From NCBI GenBank assembly GCA_963765495.1, contig CAVXWP010000007.1, positions 32,001 to 96,000 of the forward strand: 64,000 bases of DNA. Direction: 5' to 3'. Shown one piece after another: positions 19,856 to 29,305 of the stretch (within the stretch, counting starts at the first letter, position 1; each line of letters opens with the position of its first letter). The stretch comes from Blastocatellia bacterium. Lineage in GTDB: Bacteria; Acidobacteriota; Blastocatellia; UBA7656. The notes under the pieces are model-generated. The model was not told the origin of the DNA and did not search any database. It saw nothing but the letters and a program-made list of their open reading frames with translations. Both the position numbers and the translations under genes were made by a program.

Positions 19856-21282
19856 TGTTTTTCACAAGCGGCACATACTATGTTTTTCTGGTTGCGGTCT
19901 TTTTCGCCTACTGGACGGTGGCGAAAAAGAGTGGCTTGCGGACCCTGTTTCTGGCCGCCGCGAGTTGTTTCTTCTACGCGAATATCGGCGGGCGGGCTCT
20001 GTTGTTGCTTATAGCGGTCTCGATGGTTGACTTCACAACCACTCGAATGATGAGCCGGGATTGCTCTCGATTGAGGCGCAGGCTGCTTTTGAGCGCATCG
20101 CTTGTTGTGGACATCGGTTCGCTGTGTGTCTTTAAGTATGCCGATTTTTTCATGGAATCTGTCGCGGGCGGGCTTTCGAGTTTCGGACTGGCAATCGAGC
20201 TTCCGCACCTGAATATGCTGGCCCCGATAGGCATTTCATTCTTCATATTTCAATCGCTTTCTTCGGTGATAGACGTTTATCGGAAAGATGCGGAACCGGC
20301 TCCGACCTATCTCGATTACCTTGCCTTTGTCTCGTTCTTTCCTACGATCATCGCGGGGCCTATCCTGCGCGCAAAGCAATTGCTGCCTCAGCTTAGAAAT
20401 CATCTCGCGCTTGATGCGAGCACGGGTGGGCAGGCGCTTTTTCTGATAGCGGTCGGACTCATAAAGAAGATCGCCATGGCCGATTACCTGAGCGCGAATC
20501 TGGTAGACCGGGTCTTCGATTTTCCCGAGCGATTTTCATCTCTCGAAGTCCTGGCGGCCGTTTACGGCTACGCGCTGCAAATCTACGCCGACTTTTCCGG
20601 CTACAGCGACATCGCCATAGGCTCGGCTATGTTGCTTGGCCTCACATTGCCCGTCAATTTCAACGCGCCTTACAGGGCGAGGGACTTGCCGGATTTCTGG
20701 CGGCGCTGGCACATAACGCTTTCCACGTGGCTGCGCGATTATGTCTTTTTCAGCGTAGTAGGTCGTCGGGTTCGCTCTTCGGCAATGCTCTATTGCGGTC
20801 TTGTCGTGACTATGGTTGTCGGCGGGTTGTGGCACGGTCCTACGTGGACGTTCGTGTTGTGGGGGCTGGCGCATGGATTGGGCCTTGCGGCGGTCAGGGC
20901 AATTGCCGCCCTGCGAAAGCGGTTCTCTATACCCCGGCGCAATAACCTCTGGGCCGACTGTTTGAGCGTCATAATCACGTTTCATTTTATCTGTTTTACG
21001 TGGGTGCTGTTTCGAGCCGACAGCCTCGACGCGGCCCTCAAGCTCTTCCGGCAACTGTGTATGCTTACCACAGACACGGCGAATCTTGCCCTGCCTGTTG
21101 GCGTACTGATTGCGCTTGGATTTATTGCTCACTGGCTGCCGGACCGCATCTGGGAGAGGGCCAGCGCGGGGTTTGCGCGATTGCCTTCGCCTGCTCAGGC
21201 GGGCGCATTGTTCCTTCTGGCCATCGGGCTTTATTCGGTCGCGAGCAGCGATGTGGTTCCGTTTATCTATTCCAGGTTTTGA
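19855..21282 (+). CDS. MBOAT family O-acyltransferase (AlgI/PatA/DltB-like)
   Basis: PIGISFFIFQ, FFPTIIAGPI, QIYADFSGYSDIAIG, NF.APY, FWRRWHITLS.WLRDY, GLWHG catalytic His; C-terminal FIYSRF. Coupled start (TAATG). Confidence 0.96.
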   Translation: MFFTSGTYYVFLVAVFFAYWTVAKKSGLRTLFLAAASCFFYANIGGRALLLLIAVSMVDFTTTRMMSRDCSRLRRRLLLSASLVVDIGSLCVFKYADFFMESVAGGLSSFGLAIELPHLNMLAPIGISFFIFQSLSSVIDVYRKDAEPAPTYLDYLAFVSFFPTIIAGPILRAKQLLPQLRNHLALDASTGGQALFLIAVGLIKKIAMADYLSANLVDRVFDFPERFSSLEVLAAVYGYALQIYADFSGYSDIAIGSAMLLGLTLPVNFNAPYRARDLPDFWRRWHITLSTWLRDYVFFSVVGRRVRSSAMLYCGLVVTMVVGGLWHGPTWTFVLWGLAHGLGLAAVRAIAALRKRFSIPRRNNLWADCLSVIITFHFICFTWVLFRADSLDAALKLFRQLCMLTTDTANLALPVGVLIALGFIAHWLPDRIWERASAGFARLPSPAQAGALFLLAIGLYSVASSDVVPFIYSRF

Positions 21283-21286
21283 CATT

Positions 21287-22720
21287 ATGTTTCGATACAA
21301 GAACGACAGCGAAGCAAACGCGCTTGCGGGAAAGACCTCTCGCACGCTCGTCAGCCTTGTGGCGCTGGCGATGTTGCCCTATCTGATCCCGGCCTTGAGC
21401 GGTTATCGCCTGCTAAGCTCTTCGGGGGCGAGCGGTTTGATGACCATTCCCACAGGAGAAGCCGCGATGTCGGATGTTTCGGCGGGGCAGGGCAGGGCCG
21501 TATCATCCGAATCGGATTTGCCCGGCGGCAAGGCGGAGGCTACGCCGGGCGAGGTCGAAGATCCCTCGGGGCGGGCGCTCGATAATTATTTCGCTTCGTT
21601 GCTCAAGGTTGAGCGCGAAGGAGGCCATTCGCGTGTCTGTCATTACGGCGATTCGCCAATAACTAACGACGGCATAACCTCTACCGTGAGGCGGCGGCTG
21701 CAACTCAGATTTGGCGACGCGGGCCACGGATTTATCCTGACTGCAAGGCCCTGGGGCTGGTACGCGCATACGGGTGTCTCTCACGATGAGAGCCGGGGAT
21801 GGTCGGATGACCCTATGGCGATTTCGCGCGGCGATCACATCTACGGTCTCGGATGCGTGAGCTTCACTAATTCGGCGGCGGGCGAGTGGGCGAGCTTTTC
21901 TACTACGGAGGAAGGCGAAGTCGGCCATAGCGTCTCGGCATTCGACATTTACTATCTGGCGCAACCGGGCGGAGGCGATTTCGATGTGGAGGTTGATGGA
22001 GCGACCGAAGGGCGAGTTGCGACCGCAAGCGATGAGGTGAAATCGGGGTTCTATCGCGTAGAGGTGAAAGAGGGCGGGCACAGCCTGGTCTTGAGAGTTG
22101 TTGGCAACGGCGAGGTGCGAGTCTTTGGCGTGGTGCTTGAAAGCGGAGCGCGGGGCGTGGAGTACGATTCGCTTGGTGTCAACGGCGCTTATATCGGATT
22201 GCTCGCCAATTATCTTGATGTCAATCACTGGGCCGAGCAGTTGCGACATCGCAAGCCCGATCTTGTCATCATCGGTTACGGCACAAACGAGAGCCAGTTT
22301 GAGCGCCTGCCGATGGATCAGTATGAGCGAGACACCAGAGAGGCGATACGTCGAATCAGAGCGGCGCTGCCGGGCGTTTCGATAATGCTTGTCGGGCCTA
22401 TGGACCGGGCCATGAGAGGCGCGGGCGGAACACTTGTGACGCGGCCTATGATCCCGAAATTGATCAGTTATCAAAGACGCATCGCATCTGATACGGGTTG
22501 CGCTTTTTTCGACACATACACGGCGATGGGCGGCGAAGGCACGGCGGCCAGATGGTGTCTCGCGCGGCCACGTTTGATGGGCGGCGACTATACACATCCT
22601 ACCGCTCAGGGAGCCGAAATCGTAGGCACGCTCATCTATGACGCAATGATGAGAGCTTATGAGAAGTATAAAGACCGAGAGACAGAAACGGCGCTCAATC
22701 TGAGCCGCGCCGGGCAGTAG
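21287..22720 (+). CDS. Second membrane-anchored SGNH/GDSL acyltransferase or esterase
   Basis: N-terminal TM; HYGDSP, GVNGA, GYGTNE and GDYTHP blocks; paralogous to 18575-19855. Confidence 0.87.
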   Translation: MFRYKNDSEANALAGKTSRTLVSLVALAMLPYLIPALSGYRLLSSSGASGLMTIPTGEAAMSDVSAGQGRAVSSESDLPGGKAEATPGEVEDPSGRALDNYFASLLKVEREGGHSRVCHYGDSPITNDGITSTVRRRLQLRFGDAGHGFILTARPWGWYAHTGVSHDESRGWSDDPMAISRGDHIYGLGCVSFTNSAAGEWASFSTTEEGEVGHSVSAFDIYYLAQPGGGDFDVEVDGATEGRVATASDEVKSGFYRVEVKEGGHSLVLRVVGNGEVRVFGVVLESGARGVEYDSLGVNGAYIGLLANYLDVNHWAEQLRHRKPDLVIIGYGTNESQFERLPMDQYERDTREAIRRIRAALPGVSIMLVGPMDRAMRGAGGTLVTRPMIPKLISYQRRIASDTGCAFFDTYTAMGGEGTAARWCLARPRLMGGDYTHPTAQGAEIVGTLIYDAMMRAYEKYKDRETETALNLSRAGQ

Positions 22721-22729
22721 ACAGGTGTT

Positions 22730-22780
22730 GTTGCGAGACTTCGTTTCTCGCAAAGACGCGAAGACGCAAAGTACGCAAAG
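22730..22780. repeat. Short CGCAAAG-type repeat and hairpin
   Basis: TTGCGAGA-CTTCGTT-TCTCGCAA followed by AGACGCGAAGACGCAAAGTACGCAAAG. Confidence 0.5.
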
Positions 22781-22792
22781 GAGATTATTGAT

Positions 22793-23029
22793 ATGTTACC
22801 GGAAAACGTAATGACTTTCTTAAATCGCGCGGCAGAGGAGGCGCGAACTCAATTGCCCCCCCGCGACTCATCGCTATTTCTGGCAGGTGTGCTCGATTCA
22901 TTTGCGCTGGTAGATTTTGTGACCATGCTTGAGGGCGAGTGCGGCATCTCGATAAGTGACGCCGACCTCAGACCCGAAACCTTCGACACCATCGCAAAGA
23001 TAGAGACTTATATCGAAAGTAGGCAGTAA
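22793..23029 (+). CDS. Acyl or aminoacyl carrier protein (DltC-like)
   Basis: 78 aa, acidic, LF.AGVLDSF (phosphopantetheine Ser), ETFDTIAKI; AAGGAG RBS. Confidence 0.9.
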   Translation: MLPENVMTFLNRAAEEARTQLPPRDSSLFLAGVLDSFALVDFVTMLEGECGISISDADLRPETFDTIAKIETYIESRQ

Positions 23030-23120
23030 GCCGTAGGCAGTTGATACGGAACCGACGGCTACTGCTAAAGAGAGCATGAGGATGCATATGAACAGGTGGT
23101 ACCTAACTGCCTACTGCTTA
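23020..23120. repeat. (AGGCAGT)n...(ACTGCCT)n heptamer palindrome
   Basis: TAGGCAGTAAGCCGTAGGCAGT...ACTGCCTACTGCTTA; includes the ACP stop codon. Confidence 0.7.
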
Positions 23121-23127
23121 ATGAATT

Positions 23128-24162
23128 ATGAAAAGCTATATCACAGGTTATGGTAGCGCGCTGCCCCGGCGGGTGGTGACAAATGCCGAGCTTGCGCCAA
23201 TGCTCGGGGTTGATCCGGGCTGGATCGAAGCCGGTTCCGGGATACGCGAGCGGCGATGGGTTGAGGCCGACCAGTCATGTTCGGACCTTGCGGCCACGGC
23301 CGTAAGTGAGGCGCTCAAAGATGCCCGGGTGAGCGCCGACTGTGTTGATTATTTGATAGGTTGTACGCTCTCTCCAGATTATCAGGTGCCGGGAATCGCG
23401 CCCCTCGTTCAACGCAGGCTTGATGGGTTCGGGCAAATCCCGGCTATTGATCTGCGGGCGGGATGCGCGGGTATTCTCTACAGCCTGCAAATGGCGAGAG
23501 GGCTTATCGAGTCGCGTGCGGCAAACAGGGTTGTCTGTTTCGGCGCTGAGGCGCAATCGAAAGGGCTCGACCTGCGCCCGCAAAGCGCCGAATTGAGCAT
23601 GCTGTTTGGGGATGGCGCTGGCGCTCTTGTTGTGAGTCGAGAGGCGCAAACTGCCGCGCACTATTTCACGCTCTCGATTGATGATGTGCTTATCTTAACC
23701 GACGGGAATTTCGCCGAAGACCTTGTGGTGAAAGCGCCGGGCACGGCCAATGGAGCGCGGTGGTTTGACCCCGCGCAGGCCACATCGGATCTGTATCGGC
23801 CTTCTATGAATGGCCGCAATGTGATTTTGCATGCTGTGCGAAAACTCGCCGAAGCCGCCGCGCAGATAATTGCGCGCAATGAAATCTCGATGGATCAAAT
23901 AGACCTGATCGTTCCGCATCAGGCCAATGCCAACCTGTTGCGGTCGCTCGGCAAGAAGCTGAATTTTTCGGAAGACCGCATAGTGGTCAACGTAGACCGC
24001 TTCGGCAACACAAGCGGCGCTTCCGCCTTTCTCGCGTTGTGGCAAGCCTCGCGCGAACGGAAACTGCGCCCCGGCAACCGCGTTCTCTTACTGGCTTTCG
24101 GCGCGGGTTTCACCTGGGGCGCAGCTATTTGCACCGTCTGCGATGCGGGACGTGATGCGTGA
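23128..24162 (+). CDS. 3-oxoacyl-ACP synthase III (FabH-like)
   Basis: ITGYGSALP..VVTN, SGIRERR, DLRAGCAG (Cys), LFGDGAGA, VPHQAN (His), FGNTSGAS (Asn), AFGAGFTWG. Confidence 0.93.
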   Translation: MKSYITGYGSALPRRVVTNAELAPMLGVDPGWIEAGSGIRERRWVEADQSCSDLAATAVSEALKDARVSADCVDYLIGCTLSPDYQVPGIAPLVQRRLDGFGQIPAIDLRAGCAGILYSLQMARGLIESRAANRVVCFGAEAQSKGLDLRPQSAELSMLFGDGAGALVVSREAQTAAHYFTLSIDDVLILTDGNFAEDLVVKAPGTANGARWFDPAQATSDLYRPSMNGRNVILHAVRKLAEAAAQIIARNEISMDQIDLIVPHQANANLLRSLGKKLNFSEDRIVVNVDRFGNTSGASAFLALWQASRERKLRPGNRVLLLAFGAGFTWGAAICTVCDAGRDA

Positions 24163-24218
24163 TGCGTGATGCGTTGTTTTCACTTGCTGCTATTTCTGGT
24201 CACGCATCACGTATCACT
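24141..24218. repeat. (GTGATGC)n...(GCATCAC)n palindrome between convergent fabH-like and hpt genes
   Basis: CGTGATGCGTGATGCGTGATGCG...TCACGCATCACGTATCAC; the fabH-like stop lies inside the repeat. Confidence 0.85.
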
Positions 24219-24219
24219 C

Positions 24220-24798
24220 TTACCGAACTTTTTTGAGCAGATCATCCGGGTCTTGAGGCACGCCGATGAAGGGGAGATTGCGATACATTTCGGCCACGTC
24301 CAACCCGTAGCCTACTACGAATTCATTCGGTATGGTAAAGCCTATGTAACGGGCATCGATCTCGATCTGGTGGCGCTCGGGTTTGTCGAGCAACGCGGCG
24401 ATGGCCAGCGATTTCACATCGCGCGATTTGAAAATATTGACCATGTAATTCAGCGTCAACCCCGTGTCTATTATGTCTTCAACCACTAAAACGTCTTTGC
24501 CCGCGAGACTCAGATCGAGGTCTTTGGTTATTCTCACTTCACCCGAAGATTTCGTCGAAGCGCCGTAGCTGGATATGCCTATGAAGTCGAGCGACATCGG
24601 CAGGTCAATCTCTCTCATCAAATCCGACAAAAAGACGCACGCGCCTTTCAGCACGCCTACCAGATGAAGCGACTTGCCCGCGTAATCACTGGTGATCTGG
24701 CTGCCTATCTCACGCACTCGCGCTTCGAGCCGTTCGGCGCTAATCATGACTTTCAGATTCGGGTCGTTCATAAAAGAGGCTCGTTCGCTTGCAGTCAT
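24220..24798 (-). CDS. hpt: Hypoxanthine phosphoribosyltransferase
   Basis: VGVLKGACVFLSDL, SSYG, VLVVEDIIDTGLTL, FVVGYGLD; AAGGAG before ATG 24798. Confidence 0.96.
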   Translation of the reverse strand: MTASERASFMNDPNLKVMISAERLEARVREIGSQITSDYAGKSLHLVGVLKGACVFLSDLMREIDLPMSLDFIGISSYGASTKSSGEVRITKDLDLSLAGKDVLVVEDIIDTGLTLNYMVNIFKSRDVKSLAIAALLDKPERHQIEIDARYIGFTIPNEFVVGYGLDVAEMYRNLPFIGVPQDPDDLLKKVR

Positions 24799-24829
24799 TT
24801 TTATCTCCTTGAATGTGGATTGAGCGTGC

Positions 24830-24859
24830 AATATACGAGAAGCCGCCGCGCTCTGTCAA
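24830..24859 (-). promoter_or_regulatory. sigma70 promoter of hpt
   Basis: Minus-strand TTGACA-N18-TATATT. Confidence 0.6.
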
Positions 24860-24942
24860 CGCGCAGTTTTTAGGCTGGGTTTTGCGCGTGCCCGCTGGCG
24901 CTGCCCGCAAAATTACGATACAACTGCTGTTGGGTAATTTCT

Positions 24943-25575
24943 ATGAGCGAGATTGATGAAAGAGGCAAACAGGTAATCACAGAGCGCGAGATTCAGCTTG
25001 CCGCCGAAGGGGATACGATTCGCATAGATGAGCGAGCGATAATGACCCCGCTCGCTTCGGACCTTGCGCGCGAGCGCGGCATTACAATCGAGCGCGTGCG
25101 CCGCCGGGTGTCCGCTCGCAGCCAAAAGATCGCGCTCGGCGCGGATCACGGCGGGTTCGAAATGAAAGAAGAGATCAAAAGAGTGCTCTCCGATCTCGGC
25201 CATGACTTTCAGGACTTCGGCACTCATTCGACCGAAGCCGTAGACTACCCCGATTATGCGCATCTGGTCGCCCGCGCCGTTTCGCGCGGCACCTGCGCGC
25301 TTGGAATAATCGTTGACGGTGCTGGCATAGGGTCCTGCATGGTTGCAAACAAGGTTCCGGGCGTGCGCGCCGCGATGTGTTATGACGAGACATCGGCCCG
25401 AAACAGCCGCGAGCATAACGGCGCAAACGTCCTGACGCTTGGCGGCAAGATGATTTCAAGCGAGCGCATGAAACAGATAGTCACGGCGTGGCTTGCGACC
25501 GACCTGACCGAAGACCGTCACCGCCGCCGCGTCTCGAAGATCACCGCAATCGAAGACGAATACCTCAAGAAGTAA
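24943..25575 (+). CDS. rpiB: RpiB/LacA/LacB sugar-phosphate isomerase with a ~55-aa N-terminal extension
   Basis: IALGADHGG, DYPDYA, DGAGIGSCMVANKVPGVRAA, SREHNGANVLTLG, RH.RRV.KI. Confidence 0.9.
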   Translation: MSEIDERGKQVITEREIQLAAEGDTIRIDERAIMTPLASDLARERGITIERVRRRVSARSQKIALGADHGGFEMKEEIKRVLSDLGHDFQDFGTHSTEAVDYPDYAHLVARAVSRGTCALGIIVDGAGIGSCMVANKVPGVRAAMCYDETSARNSREHNGANVLTLGGKMISSERMKQIVTAWLATDLTEDRHRRRVSKITAIEDEYLKK

Positions 25576-25820
25576 TCCCGCGAGATCGCGGGCTGACAAT
25601 TTAATTCTGAGGCTACGTAGTAAGAAAAAGTATTTGTGATTGACGATCCTTTTTACGGCTGGGTTTGAGCAAATGCGCAGGTTGAGTCCTCTTTAACGGG
25701 CTTACCGTATCCGGCTTTAGCCATGCGAAGAGGGCTAATACAAAACCTTTTCAGATGATGAGGTTTGACAGTCGAATTCGTAGAATCATAAAGATTTTCA
25801 ACATGCAGGTTAGAATACTT

Positions 25821-25940
25821 GAAATAGGCCGGGACGGCCGCGGATGCGGCGGATTAGCGCGGATTAGACCTTATATGATCAGATCCGCATATGATCAGAT
25901 CCGCGTAGATCCGCCGCATCCGCGGCCGTCCCGGCCTATT
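25821..25940. repeat. Near-perfect ~120-nt REP/MITE-like palindrome (GCGGAT family)
   Basis: AATAGGCCGGGACGGCCGCGGATGCGGCGGAT...ATCCGCCGCATCCGCGGCCGTCCCGGCCTATT with an internal ATATGATCAGATCCGC duplication. Confidence 0.9.
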
Positions 25941-26292
25941 AAGGCAAGCCTCGCACTCAAATTATGGGGCTATATGATCTATATCGTCTCTATCTGAATA
26001 AAGCACAACCGGCACTAGAAGTGCCGGCCTATATGCCCTTCGGGAAAGCCCGATAAAACGGGCTGAATCAATCGTCAACTCAAAAAACATTTTCCTGCCG
26101 CCTGACATTAGTTGTTTTCTTTCGCTCTCGCTCATCTGAGATCTCAAATCTCAAGAGAACCGATATGGGCCTTTCGCGTTTAAGGATTGGAAGGGCTTTT
26201 TGCCGTTGCCTTTCTTTTGGAACCGAAAAAAATTCTCAACGCTTTTCACCGATCAAGAGTAGTTATAAGTGTAGAAGCTGAAAGGTAGAAAA

Positions 26293-26943
26293 ATGGCTTT
26301 TGAGGTCGCTCGGACTTTCTGGATGACAGACAATTTGAGCCTGCGTGAGGATCTGGCAGAGAGAAAGGATGTTACATTTTCTCTGCTCATCAAACTCGCG
26401 CGCGCGGGCGAAAGCGGGGCCTTCGATCAGATAATGATTCGTCATCAACGCAAAGTCGTATCGCTTGCCTGGCGCGTACTCGGCAACGAAGAGGATGCTC
26501 GCGATGCGGCGCAGGAGACTTTCCTGAGAGTCTATAAATACCTGTGCAAATACGACGAGCAACAGGATTTCGCGGGATGGCTTTACCGAATAACGATCAA
26601 TGTGTGCCGTGACATGGCCCGAAAGCGGAGCCGCAACCCTCTGCTCACTTCGTTTGAAAGCGAGCGAGAGGCCGGAAATCTCGATACGCTCAAAAGCGAT
26701 GCGGACGCGGAGGCGGCTGCCATCCATTCACAGGAACAGGCCATCATTGCGCGGGCGCTCGCCTCGCTCTCTGCGAAAGAACGTGAAGCCATTGTGCTCA
26801 GAGACCTTGAAGGATTGTCTACGGAAGAAGTGGCGCGAGTGCTGGGTTCGAGTCAAACCACTGTGAGGTCGCAGATAAGCTCGGCTCGCGCAAAGATAAA
26901 GCAGTATCGTGACCGCGTGTTGAAGCGCAGGCGACAGGGGTAA
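26293..26943 (+). CDS. ECF RNA polymerase sigma factor
   Basis: [53 protein letters not shown]. Confidence 0.95.
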   Translation: MAFEVARTFWMTDNLSLREDLAERKDVTFSLLIKLARAGESGAFDQIMIRHQRKVVSLAWRVLGNEEDARDAAQETFLRVYKYLCKYDEQQDFAGWLYRITINVCRDMARKRSRNPLLTSFESEREAGNLDTLKSDADAEAAAIHSQEQAIIARALASLSAKEREAIVLRDLEGLSTEEVARVLGSSQTTVRSQISSARAKIKQYRDRVLKRRRQG

Positions 26944-26947
26944 TGTT

Positions 26948-27673
26948 ATGAATTGCAGCCGCATCGAAGAATTAATCCCGCTTTACATCGAAGACGACCT
27001 CGACCGTGAAATGAAAGAACTGGCGTGGTCGCATCTGAAAAATTGTTTGACCTGTAGTCGGATGGTTGAAGAATACCGCGAAAGCCAGAGGGCCCTGCGC
27101 CTTTACGGGCCGCCTGATTTTGACGACTCGCTCTTTGAAGATTTGAGAGGCGCGGTCTTAAACAAGATTGAAAAAGGCCGCCCGAGACCTGCGCTCTTTC
27201 AATCATTCTCACAAGTATTTGCGCGGCCACGCAGCGCGAGATTTGCCTTTGCCGCCGCAATCGCATTATTGATTATTTTCGGAGCGATAGCCGCTTACAT
27301 CCATTTTGATAAGATGGATTCTTCGACACGACGAGAGCAAAAAGAGATCGTTCGGCAACACCTCGAACAGGAAGAATCTGCTCCGCCCGCGCCTGAAATC
27401 GCAGATGAAACACCAGCAACAGAGTCTGCTCCGCCCGTTCGAAGAGTGCCGAACAGGCGGCGCAGCGTGAGGCGACCGCCGCGAGAAGAGATCATTTCAA
27501 ATGATGTAGCGACAGCGCGCGAGCCCGAAGAAGAACCAGCCAGTGATACTACGGCTGCTAAGGAACCGCTCAGGATAGAGATTCAAACAAGCGACCCAAA
27601 CATTCGGATAATCTGGTTTGCTTCGCTGGCAGGCGATACAGCCTTGCCCAGACCGATGCCCAGTACAAATTAG
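26948..27673 (+). CDS. Zinc-finger (HxxxCxxC) transmembrane anti-sigma factor
   Basis: MNC...IPLYIEDDL...HLKNCLTC, one TM, low-complexity periplasmic region; downstream of the ECF gene. Confidence 0.88.
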   Translation: MNCSRIEELIPLYIEDDLDREMKELAWSHLKNCLTCSRMVEEYRESQRALRLYGPPDFDDSLFEDLRGAVLNKIEKGRPRPALFQSFSQVFARPRSARFAFAAAIALLIIFGAIAAYIHFDKMDSSTRREQKEIVRQHLEQEESAPPAPEIADETPATESAPPVRRVPNRRRSVRRPPREEIISNDVATAREPEEEPASDTTAAKEPLRIEIQTSDPNIRIIWFASLAGDTALPRPMPSTN

Positions 27674-27681
27674 GAGGCTAT

Positions 27682-28506
27682 ATGTTTTCAGTCAGATCAA
27701 AAATTTCAGCAGCGGTAATGTTGTCCCTCATCTGCATGATGACGGCGCGTGCCCAGCAAGCTACGCAGCCGAGCACCCCGGCCCCGGAGGCAAAAGGCCC
27801 CGATTACGTTGAAGAGAAAGGGTTCAAGACCAAAGTTTTTGAAATCAGATTTCGCGATCCGGGCAGTTTTCAAAGCATGTTACAGACGCTCGGCAGCGGG
27901 TTCAAAGGATCTGCGCTGTCGGTCAATCGGGAATTAAGGACAATCACGGCGCGCGACTTCCCGGAAAACCTCGCCGTTATGGAAGATGCAATCAAGCGAC
28001 TCGATGTGCCCGAAGCGCCGCGACCCGACATTGAGTTTCACGTGCATGTGCTCATAGCTTCAAACACAGCATCGGGCACAACCACGTTTCCGCCTGAATT
28101 GGGTGATGTCATCAAACAGTTGCAAGCCACGCTCAGTTATAAGAATTATAGCCTGATGTCTTCTTCGATCCAGCGCGGCAAAGAGGGTATCTCCGGGGTC
28201 AACAATTCCGGACTCTCTGATAGTAAATTGCTTGGTCTGGACGCCAATCAAAGCACGCCCATCTTTTACGGCTATCGGCTCCGGCCTATAATGCTGGAAA
28301 ATTCTGCGAGCGGCTCAACGGTGCATATAGGAACCTTCAGCTTCAATATGAGGTTCCCCATCACGCTCGGCGCGTCGGCTCAGTATGAGAATGTCGGATT
28401 TGAGACTCCGGTCAGCGTGCGCGACGGCGAGAAGATTGTCGTAGGCACTACCACGATGGGAGATAAAGGACTGGTCGTCGTGCTGATGGCGAAAGTTATC
28501 AAGTGA
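27682..28506 (+). CDS. Secreted protein with a secretin N-terminal (NolW-like) domain
   Basis: Signal peptide; [11 protein letters not shown]...[24 protein letters not shown]; C-terminal [12 protein letters not shown]. Confidence 0.65.
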   Translation: MFSVRSKISAAVMLSLICMMTARAQQATQPSTPAPEAKGPDYVEEKGFKTKVFEIRFRDPGSFQSMLQTLGSGFKGSALSVNRELRTITARDFPENLAVMEDAIKRLDVPEAPRPDIEFHVHVLIASNTASGTTTFPPELGDVIKQLQATLSYKNYSLMSSSIQRGKEGISGVNNSGLSDSKLLGLDANQSTPIFYGYRLRPIMLENSASGSTVHIGTFSFNMRFPITLGASAQYENVGFETPVSVRDGEKIVVGTTTMGDKGLVVVLMAKVIK

Positions 28507-28515
28507 AGAACTGCT

Positions 28516-28623
28516 TTTAGACAGGATAAACAAGATTAGATTGGATTAACGAGATTTAAGAAGAATCTTGTCGAATCCAATCTAATCCTATCCAAGTCTT
28601 TTTCACGCATCACGCACATCACA
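28516..28623. repeat. ACAGGAT-type palindrome plus a GCATCAC arm between convergent genes
   Basis: GACAGGATAAACAAGATTAGATTGGATT...AATCTTGTCGAATCCAATCTAATCCTATC then TCACGCATCACGCACATCAC. Confidence 0.75.
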
Positions 28624-28624
28624 T

Positions 28625-29305
28625 TCACCCCAAGAACTTATACCCTACTCGATGGATGGTTATTATGAACTGTGGCTCGGTTGGGACGGGTTCGACCTTC
28701 TGACGCAGCTTGGCTATGTGATTATCAACCGTGCGCGTGAGCGGGAAGCAATCATACCCCCACACCTCGTCAAGCAATTGCTCGCGGGTGATCGCCTCGC
28801 CTTTATGCTGGATAAAATACTTCAATATGTCGAACTCGCGGGGCGAGAGTTCTATGGGTTCGCCCGCCCTCGTCGCCTGATAATTTTTGAAGTTTAGTTC
28901 AAGGTCTCCAAGCAGGTACGATTCAAGCTCGACCACCTGTTTGGTCGTGCGGCGAAGATGAGCGCGAACACGCGCAAGCAGTTCCTTTATGCTGAAGGGC
29001 TTGGTCACGTAATCGTCGGCTCCGATTTCAAGCCCTATGATTTTATCAATTTCCTGGCCTCGCGCGGTCAGCATGATTACGGGCGTTTCCACGCCCTTGC
29101 CTCTCAACTGTCGACACACATCAAGCCCGCTCATGCGCGGCAACATGATGTCGAGCAGGATAATGTCGGGTCTGTCGTTGAGCGCGCGGTTGAGCCCGTC
29201 ACGACCATCGCGAGCAACCAGGACATCATAGCCCTCGTATTCGAAATTATCCTGTAGGCCCAGAACCATTCCGGGCTCGTCTTCAATTATTAGCACTCTC
29301 TGCAA
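28625..29305 (-). CDS. OmpR/PhoB family response regulator
   Basis: [43 protein letters not shown]; TTG start after GGAGG. Confidence 0.95.
   Translation of the reverse strand: MQRVLIIEDEPGMVLGLQDNFEYEGYDVLVARDGRDGLNRALNDRPDIILLDIMLPRMSGLDVCRQLRGKGVETPVIMLTARGQEIDKIIGLEIGADDYVTKPFSIKELLARVRAHLRRTTKQVVELESYLLGDLELNFKNYQATRAGEPIELSPREFDILKYFIQHKGEAITREQLLDEVWGYDCFPLTRTVDNHIAKLRQKVEPVPTEPQFIITIHRVGYKFLG

Noticed and set aside
21503-22753. Long antisense ORFs (416 aa here; also 61817-63247, 51378-52277, 17436-18356, 56376-57197)
   Set aside because: They are shadows of well-supported genes on the opposite strand in GC-rich DNA and show no motifs.
25576-26290. Riboswitch or sRNA in the 700-nt rpiB-ECF gap
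   Set aside because: Apart from the repeat element and small hairpins (about 26008-26065), no recognisable RNA family motif is present.
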